From positions 3,808,001 to 3,872,000 of the forward strand of contig OZ241986.1 in NCBI GenBank assembly GCA_965204375.1: DNA of 64,000 bases. Direction: 5' to 3'. The notes under the pieces were generated by a model that saw nothing but the letters and a program-made list of their open reading frames with translations, did not search any database and was not told where the DNA came from. The position numbers and the translations under genes are program-made. This document shows positions 9,968 through 21,049 of the stretch, one piece after another. Position 1 is the stretch's first letter, and each line of letters starts with the position of its first letter. The DNA comes from Candidatus Latescibacterota bacterium. GTDB lineage: Bacteria > Latescibacterota > UBA2968.

Positions 9968-10770
9968 GCGGACGCCGCCTTCGCCCAACTCTCAGGCATA
10001 AGGAGGCGCCATCGGGATATGAGGCGACGGCCTGAAAGCCTCGGATCGAGTTTGGCGTTGCCCTGGGTCAAACGCGCCCGGCATGCCTCAACAAGGGTGG
10101 TAGTGTCGGGTCCGCGCTCTGCCAGAAAGCCCAGGCGCTTGAATACGGCACCGTTACCGACCCGGTCTGCATAGGCAATCAGCTTATCATCATCCCTGTC
10201 CTTGCGCTCGAAATAGTTCTCAAGACAATCGGCAACATGCTGGATGCCGGCTCCGAGATCCGGATCGTCGAGCATATCGATAATGGTGCGGTGAACATCC
10301 GATACGGCAATTTGGCTTCTTCCGCGCCAGACAGTCTTCGTGCCAAAAATCATATCCTGCCGGACATGCTTCAGGGTGAAGTGTGTGCCATGGCGTTGCT
10401 GGCTTTTCGCACGCACAGCCCGCGCTGTCATCACAACAATATCGCGGAAAATCTGCTCCGTCAGATCCCAGTGTTCGGCGGCTGTCCGGCCACCGATATA
10501 GGCCAGATTAAAAAGCGCAGGCACCAGCACCCAGGGATCATCAAGAACCCGCTCGCTGGTAAGAGAATCAAGGCCAACAGGTGCGTACGCACCAGGACCG
10601 ACGCGCCGCAGCCAGCCCTGTCCTCTCCAGCGAGAAAGTAGCTTGGCAGCGTCGGAACGGCTCACGCAAAGGACATGTTCAGCATCGGCGATATGAATAA
10701 TATCACCTGCTGCCCGAATAACGGCAGATAACCTGCGGCGTCCCTCAGGTATGGCGGTCTCTAAGTTCAT
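9964..10770 (-). CDS. AbiEi-type type IV antitoxin / transcriptional regulator
   Basis: N-terminal wHTH (GWLRRVGPGAY), YIGGRTAAEHWDLTEQ, SDVHRTIIDML, KRLGFL; coupled to the AbiEii gene. Confidence 0.88.
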   Translation of the reverse strand: MNLETAIPEGRRRLSAVIRAAGDIIHIADAEHVLCVSRSDAAKLLSRWRGQGWLRRVGPGAYAPVGLDSLTSERVLDDPWVLVPALFNLAYIGGRTAAEHWDLTEQIFRDIVVMTARAVRAKSQQRHGTHFTLKHVRQDMIFGTKTVWRGRSQIAVSDVHRTIIDMLDDPDLGAGIQHVADCLENYFERKDRDDDKLIAYADRVGNGAVFKRLGFLAERGPDTTTLVEACRARLTQGNAKLDPRLSGRRLISRWRLLMPESWAKAASA

Positions 10771-10930
10771 GGTAATATATAGTTAAACTGCAAAAAATCG
10801 CATTTTATGTGAATTTTTATCTTCATAATATATAATAGCCAAATTCTCGCAGTTTTTCAACTATAATGTATATATTATATTGATTGTGGCGATTTCGTAA
10901 CAACAAGGAGATAAACAGCGGAGGAACATA

Positions 10931-13213
10931 ATGAAACTCTGGTATAACGAACCAGCGGAAGATTGGAATCACGCCTTACCCGTGGGGGCTGGGAAACTCG
11001 GCGCCATGGTATTTGGTGGGGTAAGTAATGAACGCATACAAATGAACGAAGACTCGATCTGGGCGGGACCACCCGTACCCAAATCACCACCGGGCGCGCA
11101 ACAGGTCATCGCACGCGCGCGTCAGCTACTCTTTGAAGGCCAATACACCGAAGCGCAGGACCTCGTACAAGAAGGCGTCATGGGAGAACGCATTGCACCG
11201 CGCAGCTATCAGACACTGGGCGACTTGCTCATCGAACAAAATGACGTCGAACAACACACCGATTACCGCCGCGAACTCTCGCTAAACTCTGCAATTGCCA
11301 CAACGCGATGGGTCGCAAATGGCGTCGCATATCATCGAGAAGTATTCGCCACAGCCATCGACCGGGCAATAATCTGTCGCATCGCATCGGACAAAGCAGG
11401 CGCAATATCGTGCCGGATATCTTTTCACCGGGAAGAAAACGCACAGTGGTCGGGCATATCCGAAAACACACTCCTCATAACCGGCCGCGCGGGACACGGA
11501 GAAACCCATCCCGGCGTAAAATTCTCTGCGGGCATCAAAGCAATCGCCGAAAACGGGCGCGTCCAGTGTGCCAACGACGCCCTCATCGTCGAAAATGCGG
11601 ACGCAGTCACAATCGTCGTCTGCGCCGACACAGACTACAACTTTGACGACCCCTACACCCCCCTGACACACGACCTGAAAGCCTCCGCGATATCCACAAT
11701 CGATAGTGCGCGTCCATACCCCCGCGTAAAGCGCGAACACGTTCGGGATCACAACAATTACTTTGACCGATGCGCCTTCTCCCTCGGAGAAGACAAAAAT
11801 GACAACATCCCCACAGACCGCCGACTCGCCGAATTCGAACACACATCGGACCCCGCGCTCGTTGCACTCTACTTCAACTTCGGACGCTACCTGACAATCT
11901 GTTGCTCCCGCCCGGGCAGTTTGTGCGCCAATCTACAAGGCATCTGGAACCAGGAATACGAAGCCCCGTGGAACAGCGACTACCACATCAACATCAATAT
12001 CCAGATGATATACTGGCTCTGTGAACTCGTCGGCCTGCCCGAATGCCATGAACCGTATTTGGAATTTTCAGACGCCCTGCGCAAAACAGCACGCCAAACA
12101 GCAAAAGAAGTCTATGGCTGTCGCGGAACCGCAGCGCATCACACAACAGATGCGTGGCGATTCACCGACCCATTGGGAAAGGTACAATACGGCATGTGGC
12201 CGATGGGCTGTGGATGGAACAGCAGGCACTTTATGGAACATTGGGATTTTAACGGATCAGAAACATTTCTGCGCGACCAGGCCTGGCCAGTTGTGCGGGA
12301 TGCAGCCCTGTTCTTCCTCGACTGGTTAACAGAAGATCCAAAAACCGGCAAACTCGTATCCGGTCCCTCCTCCTCACCGGAGAACCGCTTCCTCGCGCCG
12401 AACACACAGGACGTATGCAACCTCGTCATGGGACCGAGCATGGACCAGCAGATCATCTGGGAAACATTTACAAATTGTCTGCGCTGTGCCGAGATCCTAT
12501 CCCTCGACGACCCCATTATCGACGACATAAAAAGCGCATTATCCCGTCTCTCGGACCCGCAAATCGGCACTGACGGACGCCTGATGGAATGGACAGAAGA
12601 ATTTGAAGAACCAGACCCGGGGCACCGGCATATCTCACACATCTACGGCGTGTATCCCGGCTTCCAACTCGTCAACCAGCCCGATTTCTTAGCTGCCACG
12701 CGCAAAAGCATTGAACACCGCCTCGCGCATGGCGGCGGACACACGGGCTGGAGCAGAGCATGGCTCATCAACGTGTGGGCGCGCCTCAAAGACGCGGATA
12801 GCGCATGGGAAGACGTGCGGCAACTGCTCATACGCTCGACACTGCCCAATCTATTCGACAACCATCCCCCATTTCAGATGGACGGCAACATGGGCGGCGC
12901 CGCAGGCATAGTGGAAATAGTATTGCAAAGCCATCACAATGCCGTCGAACTATATCCCGCACTGCCAGACGCATGGACAGAAGGCAACGCAGAAGGACTG
13001 CGGGCAAGGGGTGGATTTATCGTAGATTTGCAGTGGAAAAACGGAGAAAAATCCGCGCACATAACATCCCTACTGGGCAATCCCATCCGCATGTTATACA
13101 ATGGATCTATGCGCGCAGTCAATGATGACCAGGCGGTCATCGCAGAGAGCCAGGGCGAAATCGCGTTCCAAACCGAAAAAGGAAAAAGCTATAATATAGT
13201 CATCTCCCAATAA
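10931..13213 (+). CDS. GH95 alpha-L-fucosidase-like glycoside hydrolase
   Basis: [60 protein letters not shown]; GGAGGA RBS; no signal peptide. Confidence 0.95.
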   Translation: MKLWYNEPAEDWNHALPVGAGKLGAMVFGGVSNERIQMNEDSIWAGPPVPKSPPGAQQVIARARQLLFEGQYTEAQDLVQEGVMGERIAPRSYQTLGDLLIEQNDVEQHTDYRRELSLNSAIATTRWVANGVAYHREVFATAIDRAIICRIASDKAGAISCRISFHREENAQWSGISENTLLITGRAGHGETHPGVKFSAGIKAIAENGRVQCANDALIVENADAVTIVVCADTDYNFDDPYTPLTHDLKASAISTIDSARPYPRVKREHVRDHNNYFDRCAFSLGEDKNDNIPTDRRLAEFEHTSDPALVALYFNFGRYLTICCSRPGSLCANLQGIWNQEYEAPWNSDYHININIQMIYWLCELVGLPECHEPYLEFSDALRKTARQTAKEVYGCRGTAAHHTTDAWRFTDPLGKVQYGMWPMGCGWNSRHFMEHWDFNGSETFLRDQAWPVVRDAALFFLDWLTEDPKTGKLVSGPSSSPENRFLAPNTQDVCNLVMGPSMDQQIIWETFTNCLRCAEILSLDDPIIDDIKSALSRLSDPQIGTDGRLMEWTEEFEEPDPGHRHISHIYGVYPGFQLVNQPDFLAATRKSIEHRLAHGGGHTGWSRAWLINVWARLKDADSAWEDVRQLLIRSTLPNLFDNHPPFQMDGNMGGAAGIVEIVLQSHHNAVELYPALPDAWTEGNAEGLRARGGFIVDLQWKNGEKSAHITSLLGNPIRMLYNGSMRAVNDDQAVIAESQGEIAFQTEKGKSYNIVISQ

Positions 13214-13976
13214 TCAAACCATCGGGATCGACCTCATCGCGCAAAATGCACAACTCTTCTTCTGAGGGCGGCACAGTCCCTTCGACATCAGCCACCTGCC
13301 CCAATTCAAACCCGGTATTCTCCTGCACCTGTTCAAACGTCATACCCGGATGCAAACTCTCGACCTGCATCCGACATGTATCGTCATCAAAACTCATCAC
13401 AGCCAGATCCGTAATCACGCGATAAGGACCCCCACCACCGGGCAACCCCGCAGCCTCGCGCGCACCCGGCCCGGTCAGAAAACCCGGCGTCGTCAAAAAA
13501 TCAACCTCTTCCACAAAACGACGGCGGTCGTGCTGAGTAATAATCAGCGTGCGCCAGCAAAAACTCGCAAAATCATTGGCACCCCCGCTACCCGGAAAAC
13601 GCACGCGCGGTTTTTTGTAATCGCCAATAACCGTAGAATTTAAATTCCCATACGCATCGATCTGAGCACCGCCCAAAAACGCGTAATCCATCACACCCCG
13701 CTGACACGCCTCCATAATATCACACATACTCGTCGCCATAAGTGCCCGGTGTGTCGTGCGCGAATCACCCACAGAAATGGGCATCGCGGGCAACATCGGC
13801 GCCAAACCACCCGCTTCAAAAGCCACCAAAAGTCCCGGTGCATGCGTCTTTTGTGCCAGCATCGCCGCAGCACACGGTGCCCCTGTCCCCACCCCAACAG
13901 TCGCCCCATCCTCCAGCAACCGGGACGCCACACAAATCATCAGTTCCATCGCATTGTACATAGCATCCACCTTCAA
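13200..13976 (-). CDS. CoA-transferase subunit B (glutaconate/3-oxoadipate GctB-like)
   Basis: VGVGTG, FEAG (catalytic Glu), [28 protein letters not shown]. Confidence 0.9.
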   Translation of the reverse strand: MKVDAMYNAMELMICVASRLLEDGATVGVGTGAPCAAAMLAQKTHAPGLLVAFEAGGLAPMLPAMPISVGDSRTTHRALMATSMCDIMEACQRGVMDYAFLGGAQIDAYGNLNSTVIGDYKKPRVRFPGSGGANDFASFCWRTLIITQHDRRRFVEEVDFLTTPGFLTGPGAREAAGLPGGGGPYRVITDLAVMSFDDDTCRMQVESLHPGMTFEQVQENTGFELGQVADVEGTVPPSEEELCILRDEVDPDGLIIGR

Positions 13977-14965
13977 TTATTCTCCAACCGCCGCAACTCC
14001 GCCAGCCGCTCTTCCCCACCACAAACCTCCAGATAAGCCTCAAAACAATCAACACCATACAAATACTTATCCAGAAACGCGCGATATACCTCCACATCTT
14101 GCTCTGCGTCCAACCACGCCTTGAGATGCACCTCATCCGAGAAATACTCCCCAGCCATATTGCCGGGATACGATCCATACGGCACATGACACACCGCATC
14201 AACACAAAAAGCCGGAATCGCGGTCGCATTTGGATCGCTGCGAATCTCATCTGTACTCACAATGCGCTCCGCACTCACAATCACATGTTTGGAAGCACGC
14301 GACAAATCCCAATCAGCCACCGTAATACCCCGAATGCGGCAATTGCCGAACAAATCACTCTCATGCACATGAATAAGCGCCACATCGGGATACAGAGCCG
14401 GTACAGCCATCAGCGGTTTGCCCGTAAAAGGACATTCGATCTCCTTAGCCGCACTCTCCCGAAACGTATCGGTCCCCAGCATACTGCGAACAGGCACAAA
14501 AGGCACACCCGTCGCCGCCGCCCGAAACCGACATGCCAGCGCGTAATTTGTCCACTCACACACCTCGACCTCTCCGCTCTCCATCAACCGCCGTGCCTGC
14601 GCCGACAACCCGCGTGCTTCCAACCCTAAAATATATGCCGCATCTAACCGCGAAAAAATCTGCTTCCCCGTGCGCGTACCCGCCGCCAAAATCTGAAAAT
14701 CGTGCGTCGTCGTATGCCCGGCAAACCCCAGATTTGTTCGCTCCTGCCGCACAACCTCGTGCAAAAGCGCCGTCGCAATCCTGTTCCCACCAAAACCGCC
14801 AGAAGCCAAATAATCGCCGTCATGCACAAACCGGGCAACAGCATCAGACACGGACATCAGCTTATCTGTCAACGCGCCCTTCTTCTCTCGAAAAAACGCC
14901 CGTGCAACATCTGGATCGGGATCTGTAAACAGCGATCCACGGCCTGTATTTTCAGAACTCGTCAT
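13973..14965 (-). CDS. CoA-transferase subunit A (GctA-like)
   Basis: DAVARFVHDGD..SGGF, RAAATGVPF, CPFTG, PDVALIH...D.FGN; start assigned to ATG 14965 because the longer ORF runs through REP DNA. Confidence 0.9.
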   Translation of the reverse strand: MTSSENTGRGSLFTDPDPDVARAFFREKKGALTDKLMSVSDAVARFVHDGDYLASGGFGGNRIATALLHEVVRQERTNLGFAGHTTTHDFQILAAGTRTGKQIFSRLDAAYILGLEARGLSAQARRLMESGEVEVCEWTNYALACRFRAAATGVPFVPVRSMLGTDTFRESAAKEIECPFTGKPLMAVPALYPDVALIHVHESDLFGNCRIRGITVADWDLSRASKHVIVSAERIVSTDEIRSDPNATAIPAFCVDAVCHVPYGSYPGNMAGEYFSDEVHLKAWLDAEQDVEVYRAFLDKYLYGVDCFEAYLEVCGGEERLAELRRLENN

Positions 14966-14966
14966 A

Positions 14967-15062
14967 GCATGCCTCGCCCCTACACATCTGCGGATCCCAA
15001 TGACGGGCGAAAAATTTTTCGCCCCTACCGTTTCACACTTCAACCTTCACACTTCTCACTTC
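14967..15062. repeat. Composite of GTAG-type REP palindromes and heptamer repeats
   Basis: gcatgcctcgcccctac (14967-14983), gggcgaaaaatttttcgcccctac (15005-15028), then ttcacac/ttcaacc/ttcacac/ttctcac. Confidence 0.75.
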
Positions 15063-15831
15063 AAAGCGCTGTCCAACCGCCATCCACCAGCAACGTATGC
15101 CCCGTAATGAGATCGGCAGCCGGACTCGCCAAAAACACCACCGCACCCACCACATCTTCGGGCTGTCCCACGCGCCCCAGAGGAATCCGCGAAAGCAAAT
15201 CCTCGCGCAACGCCTCATTATCAAACGTCGATTGTGTCAACGGCGTCAAAATAAACGTCGGACCCACGGCATTCACCGTAATCTGATAGGGCGCCCACTC
15301 CACAGCCAACACCCGCGTCAGATTCACCACACCGGCCTTACTCGAACAATAAGCCGCGCGCTTGTAATAACCCACCACCCCATTTTGCGACGCAATATTC
15401 ACAATCTTGCCACCACCCATCTCAATCATCGACCGCGCCACGCGCTGCGACATAAAAAACAACCCCTTCAAATTCACATCCAGCACCCCATCCCAATCTG
15501 CCTCTGTCACCTCAAGCGCGTCCCTGGGAATATTCACACCCGCATTATTCACCAGAATATCAACCCGGCCATAAGCATCGATAACCCGGCTCACCGCCGC
15601 ATCAATACTCTCCTGATCTGGCAATTCCAACGCCAATGGCAATGCCCGTTGCCCCAAATCTACAACCGCATCACACACCTCATCCAACATACCGATCTTC
15701 TTCGGCACCTCACACACCGCCACATCGGCACCCACCTCAGCCACCGCCAGCGCAATCGCCCGTCCAATACCCGAACCCGCACCCGTCACCAGCACCACCT
15801 GATCATCCAATCGCATACTGGGCAAAACCAT
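15061..15831 (-). CDS. SDR family oxidoreductase (gluconate 5-dehydrogenase/KduD-like)
   Basis: TGAGSGIG, NNAG, YCSSK, VDGGW. Confidence 0.92.
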   Translation of the reverse strand: MVLPSMRLDDQVVLVTGAGSGIGRAIALAVAEVGADVAVCEVPKKIGMLDEVCDAVVDLGQRALPLALELPDQESIDAAVSRVIDAYGRVDILVNNAGVNIPRDALEVTEADWDGVLDVNLKGLFFMSQRVARSMIEMGGGKIVNIASQNGVVGYYKRAAYCSSKAGVVNLTRVLAVEWAPYQITVNAVGPTFILTPLTQSTFDNEALREDLLSRIPLGRVGQPEDVVGAVVFLASPAADLITGHTLLVDGGWTAL

Positions 15832-15845
15832 CGCGCCCTCTCCTT

Positions 15846-18749
15846 TCACGAAGAAAAAGAAATATTATTCTCCGTATGCCGGCAAGAAATATCATCATCC
15901 CCGCGAAAATTCTTACACCCCCAGAATGCACCATAGCGCCCCTTGCGCTGAACCATATCCGCGCCACACTTCGGGCAAACAGGCAACCATGAATCACAAT
16001 CGGGATCCAGACATAATTTAAAACGCCCAGCGCGCTGCATCGGGTTGCCACACGCTTGACATCCGCTCTCAGTATGATTGCACAACGGATAATTGCTACA
16101 ACCGTAAAACGACTTACCCTCCACGGCAACAAGCGTACCCGTCTTGCACTTCACACAGCGAATGCGCTCAAAAGACGCTTGTTCCAAACTCGTCTCAAAA
16201 TCGTCCAGTGCCAACGGATATTTATTCTTCAACAACTCGACCAAAAACTCAGAAGCATTCGTCATATCCCCAATCAAATACACGCGCTGTTTGGCGCGCG
16301 TCAGCGCGACATAAAACAAACGGCGCTCCTCCGAATATAGAAAAGGATCTAACGCAGGCAATAACGCTTCCAGCAAAGAATGAGAAGTCTTCTGCGAAGG
16401 AAAACCGTACTGACCGCGTTCAAGCCCCAGCACCACCACATAATCCGCCTCCAAACCCTTCGCACCGTGAACGGTATTACACTCAATAGACAAAGAGGGG
16501 AACCGCTTCATCAACATCATCATCTGCGTGCCATTGGGCAAGTTAAAACGAAACCTGCCCAACAAATAAACCGAACTACCCTCTTCCGCCCGCTCCGCGA
16601 CATGCGCCAACACACGATCCACCCGCTCATCAAAATCCGCCTCGTCTGAAGATCGACGCTTCTTCTCGCGCAACAAAGAAACCGCAGGATGATTAACCGT
16701 CGCATGCGTGGTCAACGACTTCTTAACCTGCGCCGGATTCTCAATCACAAACTGGGAGGCAACATCGCAAATACTATTATTAAACCGAAACGTCTTATCC
16801 AGGACCGTAATTTTAGTCGCCCCAAACCTCGCCTCAAAATCCGTAGTAAACTGAATATCACTACCCGTAAAACGATAAATCGACTGCCAATCATCCCCCA
16901 CACAAAACAGAGAACACGCATCAACAGATTCTCTCAGCACCTTAACCAACCGCGCCCGCGGCTCGGATATATCCTGAAACTCATCCACCAGAATGTACCG
17001 CCAGGGCGAAACAAAGCGACCACATTGCACATACGCGATTGCCTTGCCAATCATATCGTCAAAATCGATGTGCTCGTTTTCTTTTAAAAACGCATCGTAT
17101 TTCTCATAAATCGGCACCACAATTTTCAAAGCCTGCTGCTGAACCAGACTCAGATGACCACCCTGGACAATCTCCTCCAACGGTTGATCTGGACTGGGCA
17201 AACAGCTCTTATACCGCCTCAACAAATCCGCGAGCAACGGTGTCAAATCGCGAATCGCTCCAAACTCCCTCAGCGTATCCAGCATCTCATCTGGCGAACA
17301 CGGATGAAATTGCACCCCAGCCTGTATTAATTTTTCATACAAGCCCGTCAGCAAGCGACCTTCGGTATATTCGTAGTGAAACGTCTCAATCAAGCGCGTC
17401 CCGTGCTTCTCGTGAAGTTTACGCGTCCAATCCATGCGGCGTTTATACTCATTTTTATTCACATAAGGGGCAGTATTCCCATCGCGGTCTATACCCCAGT
17501 GCTCCAGATAAACACCGTAATCCGGAAGATAAAAATCGGGCTGGTATTGCCGATAATCCGGATCCCTCGTCTCATGCTCATAATCGGCCTCGTATTGATA
17601 TGCCACACCCAGCATAAACAGATGATTGGCAATCCAGCATTCGCCCAGACCCTTTACCCGTTCACCCTTCAGCGTGCGAATCTCATTCGCAGAAATATAT
17701 TCAAAGTACTCGCCCTGGGTTTTAAAATCAAAGGCATTGACCTCTTGATACCTGTAATACCCCAGATAATCCAGAACCCATTGTCTATAGCTCGGAATCT
17801 CAAGCAACGCCTCAAACCACCCATCGACATGCTTCTCCAACAACGCGCCGTCTTGTGCCAGAGGTGAAATCGAAGGCTGCGCCTTTTCGACCGAAGCAAT
17901 AATATCCTTGCCCAACTTGTGAAACGTACTCGCAACAACGCCTTTTTTATTCACGCGCTCATCCAGTCGCTCCTGCATCTCTCGCGCCGCCTTATTCGCA
18001 AAAGCCAGCATGAGAATCTCATCGGGCCGAGCCTGCCCACTCTCGACCAAAAACCCCGCGCGCCCCACCATCGCACTCGTCTTGCCAGTACCCGCACCAG
18101 CCAGCACCAGATTATTATCCTCATCTATCACACAGGCATCGCGCTGGCTCTCGGTCAGCGGATTGCTCTCCACCTCATCAAAATAAGTTGAAAACTGTTC
18201 TTTGAGACGATCGACATACTGCGCGCGAAAATCTTCCACCTCTTGATCGCCCCAGTGCGCCATCTGCTGCACCAGCGTAAAATCAGCATCGCGATCCAAA
18301 CTGCCGACCGCTGGCACCTTGCGAAACTGATCAAGCATATCCCGCGCCATCGCCCTGATCTTCAACCAGCGGGAACTGCGCAAATAACCTTCATCCAGCA
18401 ACCTGTTAATCTCCCCAGCACATCGCCGCACCTCTGACGCAAACTTTCGCTCCTCCTCCAGCCAATACCAATAATCCTGCAACCAGTCGAAAAACCCCTC
18501 CACCTCTGATTTGCCCAACCCCTTCAGCCGCTGCTCTCCGCGATCCGTCGGCAACACCAGTTCAAAAAACAGCCTTCCGCGACGTAATACATCTTCTCGC
18601 GTCAAATTTTCAGTGCCTAAAGCAAAGCACTCACCCCCGGCCCTCTCCAAAACCAGCCCATCGGATGAAATTAAAATCGTTGCCGTCCGCGCGCCCAAAA
18701 GACGCATCAACCAATGCGGGGTAATACTTTTGTTTTTAAGTATATTCAT
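15846..18749 (-). CDS. helD: UvrD-family DNA helicase IV-like protein with inserted PD-(D/E)xK-like domain and C-terminal topoisomerase-type C4 zinc ribbons
   Basis: LAGAGTGKT, STFH, ILVDEFQD, VGDDWQSIY, HGAKGLE, EERRLFYVALTRA; insert YQPDFYL..VYLEHWG; multiple CxxC and FxGC motifs at the end. Confidence 0.85.
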   Translation of the reverse strand: MNILKNKSITPHWLMRLLGARTATILISSDGLVLERAGGECFALGTENLTREDVLRRGRLFFELVLPTDRGEQRLKGLGKSEVEGFFDWLQDYWYWLEEERKFASEVRRCAGEINRLLDEGYLRSSRWLKIRAMARDMLDQFRKVPAVGSLDRDADFTLVQQMAHWGDQEVEDFRAQYVDRLKEQFSTYFDEVESNPLTESQRDACVIDEDNNLVLAGAGTGKTSAMVGRAGFLVESGQARPDEILMLAFANKAAREMQERLDERVNKKGVVASTFHKLGKDIIASVEKAQPSISPLAQDGALLEKHVDGWFEALLEIPSYRQWVLDYLGYYRYQEVNAFDFKTQGEYFEYISANEIRTLKGERVKGLGECWIANHLFMLGVAYQYEADYEHETRDPDYRQYQPDFYLPDYGVYLEHWGIDRDGNTAPYVNKNEYKRRMDWTRKLHEKHGTRLIETFHYEYTEGRLLTGLYEKLIQAGVQFHPCSPDEMLDTLREFGAIRDLTPLLADLLRRYKSCLPSPDQPLEEIVQGGHLSLVQQQALKIVVPIYEKYDAFLKENEHIDFDDMIGKAIAYVQCGRFVSPWRYILVDEFQDISEPRARLVKVLRESVDACSLFCVGDDWQSIYRFTGSDIQFTTDFEARFGATKITVLDKTFRFNNSICDVASQFVIENPAQVKKSLTTHATVNHPAVSLLREKKRRSSDEADFDERVDRVLAHVAERAEEGSSVYLLGRFRFNLPNGTQMMMLMKRFPSLSIECNTVHGAKGLEADYVVVLGLERGQYGFPSQKTSHSLLEALLPALDPFLYSEERRLFYVALTRAKQRVYLIGDMTNASEFLVELLKNKYPLALDDFETSLEQASFERIRCVKCKTGTLVAVEGKSFYGCSNYPLCNHTESGCQACGNPMQRAGRFKLCLDPDCDSWLPVCPKCGADMVQRKGRYGAFWGCKNFRGDDDISCRHTENNISFSS

Positions 18750-18761
18750 TCATCAATTCTC

Positions 18762-18796
18762 AAAAAAGAAAAGCCTCCTCAATCAGGAGACTTTTC
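18762..18796 (-). terminator. Terminator-like hairpin between clpP and the helicase gene
   Basis: Minus strand GAAAAGTCTCCT-gattg-AGGAGGCTTTTC followed by a T run. Confidence 0.6.
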
Positions 18797-18832
18797 AGAA
18801 AAATAAATTGACACTACACCGACAGAACCCTT

Positions 18833-18950
18833 CTGGATCGCGGCTCAACACCATGCCGCGATGACGGGCGAGGCATGCCTCGCCCCTACACATCTGTGTT
18901 CATCTGCGAAAAACGCTCAAATTATTCGCGTTTTTTTCTGCGGATCACAC
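18833..18950. repeat. Composite intergenic repeat (CTGGAT..ATGAC hairpin + GTAG REP + ATCTGCG units)
   Basis: ctggatcgcggc..gccgcgatgac (similar copy at 59369-59400); gggcgaggcatgcctcgcccctac at 18866-18889. Confidence 0.75.
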
Positions 18951-18951
18951 T

Positions 18952-19563
18952 TCACCCATCTATCTCATCAAACCCATTCACAACCCGGCTGATCAACCCG
19001 TATTCCACAGCCTCATCGGGACTCATCCAATAATCTCGATCCGTATCTTCCTCAATCTTTTCAAGTGGCTGACCGGTCTCATCGGCATACATCTCGTTAA
19101 TCTTCTTCTTAATTTTCACAACCTCCTCAGCCGTGCGCCGCACATCTTCAGCCACCCCTTGAAACCGCATCGAAGGCTGATGAATCATAAGGCGCGAATT
19201 TGGCAAAGCCAGCCGATCTTCCTTATCTGCCGCCATCATAATCACCGTCGCTGCACTGGCTGACAGCCCCGCACTGATAATCTTTACTCTGGGGCGGATA
19301 AACCGGATCATATCGTAAATCGCGAACCCATCGTACACACTACCGCCGGGCGAATTAATAAAAATTTTAATTGGCTCTTCCGAATCTTGATGATCCAAAA
19401 AAAGCAACTGAGCCGTCACCTTAGCCGTCAATTTGTGATCCACGGGATCGGAAATTAAAATCGTACGCGCATCTATCAACCCCTTGTTCAAAATACCGTT
19501 TCTCGACGCGCTATCTTCCTCTCTTTCCTCATCTTCGAGGATCATATCGTCCTCACAAATCAT
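18952..19563 (-). CDS. clpP: ATP-dependent Clp protease proteolytic subunit
   Basis: FINSPGGSV, GLSASAA (Ser), MIHQP (His), DRDYWMS..EAVEYGL; GGAGGA RBS before ATG 19563. Confidence 0.95.
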   Translation of the reverse strand: MICEDDMILEDEEREEDSASRNGILNKGLIDARTILISDPVDHKLTAKVTAQLLFLDHQDSEEPIKIFINSPGGSVYDGFAIYDMIRFIRPRVKIISAGLSASAATVIMMAADKEDRLALPNSRLMIHQPSMRFQGVAEDVRRTAEEVVKIKKKINEMYADETGQPLEKIEEDTDRDYWMSPDEAVEYGLISRVVNGFDEIDG

Positions 19564-19789
19564 CCAGTCCTCCAAAAAATAAAAACCAAAAAACTCGTTA
19601 TGTCCAATGGCTCAATTTATCCCATATCCCCATTTGAGTCAAGGGGCTTGCCATTAATTTTTTTCTTCAGACGTAAAGCATCGCCACGATCCGCCCTCAC
19701 CAATTTTTCCTCCACTTCGCGGGTCATCACCAAACTCGGCAAAGACACTGCCGCAATCAATCCACTTCATACACACATCCCTCTAAATA

Positions 19790-21049
19790 CTATGCTGGCG
19801 CATCTTCTGGCCTGGGGATATTCACAAAATAGGCAAAAATAGCCACCAGCAACACCGCTGGCGCCAGCGCGTAAAACGCGGGTGCATAAGACCCCGCAGA
19901 ACTAAAAATGGATTCAATAAACCACGGCCCCGTCGCAGAAGCCAAAACCGCAAACACCTGTGCCGCACCCTGAATCTTCCCCAAATGAAGACGGCCAAAA
20001 ATATCCGCCCACGCCGTAAAAAAAATCACCGAAACCACACCGCCTGAAAACCCCAACAACCCCGCGTGTACCAGAGCTTGTCCCGGCGTTTTAAGCTGCG
20101 GAAACGCAAGCAAATAAACGCCAACCGCCAGCATCGCAACCGTCATCAGTCTGCCCAAAGACCATCGGCGCGCCGCCCAACCCGCTGTAAAATTCCCCAA
20201 CAACCCCGTCGCCATAAACACCGCCATCGCGTATTGAAACACCGTCTCATCAAACCCCAACTCCCCCAATATAGACTGATTGAACAACATCACCCCCGCG
20301 ATAACCAGATTATAGAGCGCACTCCCAATAGCAAAAACATAAAAAGCCGGCGTCATCAATGCCTGTACAAGCGTAAACCCAATCATCGGCTCCTGCGACT
20401 CATCATCTTTCACAACCTCAATATCCAGCCCAACCGCCTCCGGATCTCGACGGACAAATAGCAGACACAAACCAGATAGCACCATCAAAATCCACCCCAA
20501 TCCCGACCACATAACCCGCCAACCCTGCGTAAGCACAACATCGCCAGCAACAACAATAGCAACCGCAAAACCCAGACTCATAAGCACGGCAAAAATACCC
20601 ATCGCAACACTCAACCGCCGCACAAACCACTTGCCAACCATCGTCAAACTCACCACAGACAGCGCGCTTTGCCCCACACCCCGCATCAAAACCAGCAAAA
20701 AAAGCAAAACAATACCACCACTTGCCACCTGGCTAAAACCCAGAACCACCGCACTCAGAACAAATAGCACCCCCGTCACAACAACGCGAACCCCAAAGCG
20801 ATCAATCGCCAAACCGCAGACCAAATTGAACAACGCCCCCAAAATCGTCGCCCAGAAATTCTTCTCGGCAAAATCCAGCCGGGAAATACCCAGATCCGCG
20901 ATCAAAGGCTCTGTAATCAAACCAATGCCAACACTTCTGCCCGGCAGCGTAGCCACCATCGCAACCGCCGCAAAAATCAGAACCACCCAGCCATAATAAA
21001 ACGGCACACGCGCGGGCAGCGCATTGCCAAAAACAGTTTTGGAGTTCAT
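19790..21049 (-). CDS. MFS transporter
   Basis: About 12 hydrophobic segments; GLAIDRFGVR motif A; FYYGWVV; ATGA overlap with the upstream gene. Confidence 0.92.
   Translation of the reverse strand: MNSKTVFGNALPARVPFYYGWVVLIFAAVAMVATLPGRSVGIGLITEPLIADLGISRLDFAEKNFWATILGALFNLVCGLAIDRFGVRVVVTGVLFVLSAVVLGFSQVASGGIVLLFLLVLMRGVGQSALSVVSLTMVGKWFVRRLSVAMGIFAVLMSLGFAVAIVVAGDVVLTQGWRVMWSGLGWILMVLSGLCLLFVRRDPEAVGLDIEVVKDDESQEPMIGFTLVQALMTPAFYVFAIGSALYNLVIAGVMLFNQSILGELGFDETVFQYAMAVFMATGLLGNFTAGWAARRWSLGRLMTVAMLAVGVYLLAFPQLKTPGQALVHAGLLGFSGGVVSVIFFTAWADIFGRLHLGKIQGAAQVFAVLASATGPWFIESIFSSAGSYAPAFYALAPAVLLVAIFAYFVNIPRPEDAPA

Noticed and set aside
13200-13213. Convergent 3' overlaps (also 60469-60472)
   Set aside because: Short tail-to-tail overlaps are common and need no special explanation.
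14966-15043. N-terminal extension of the CoA-transferase A ORF
   Set aside because: It translates REP palindromes (VGAKNFSP, VGARHA), so the real start is more likely 14965.
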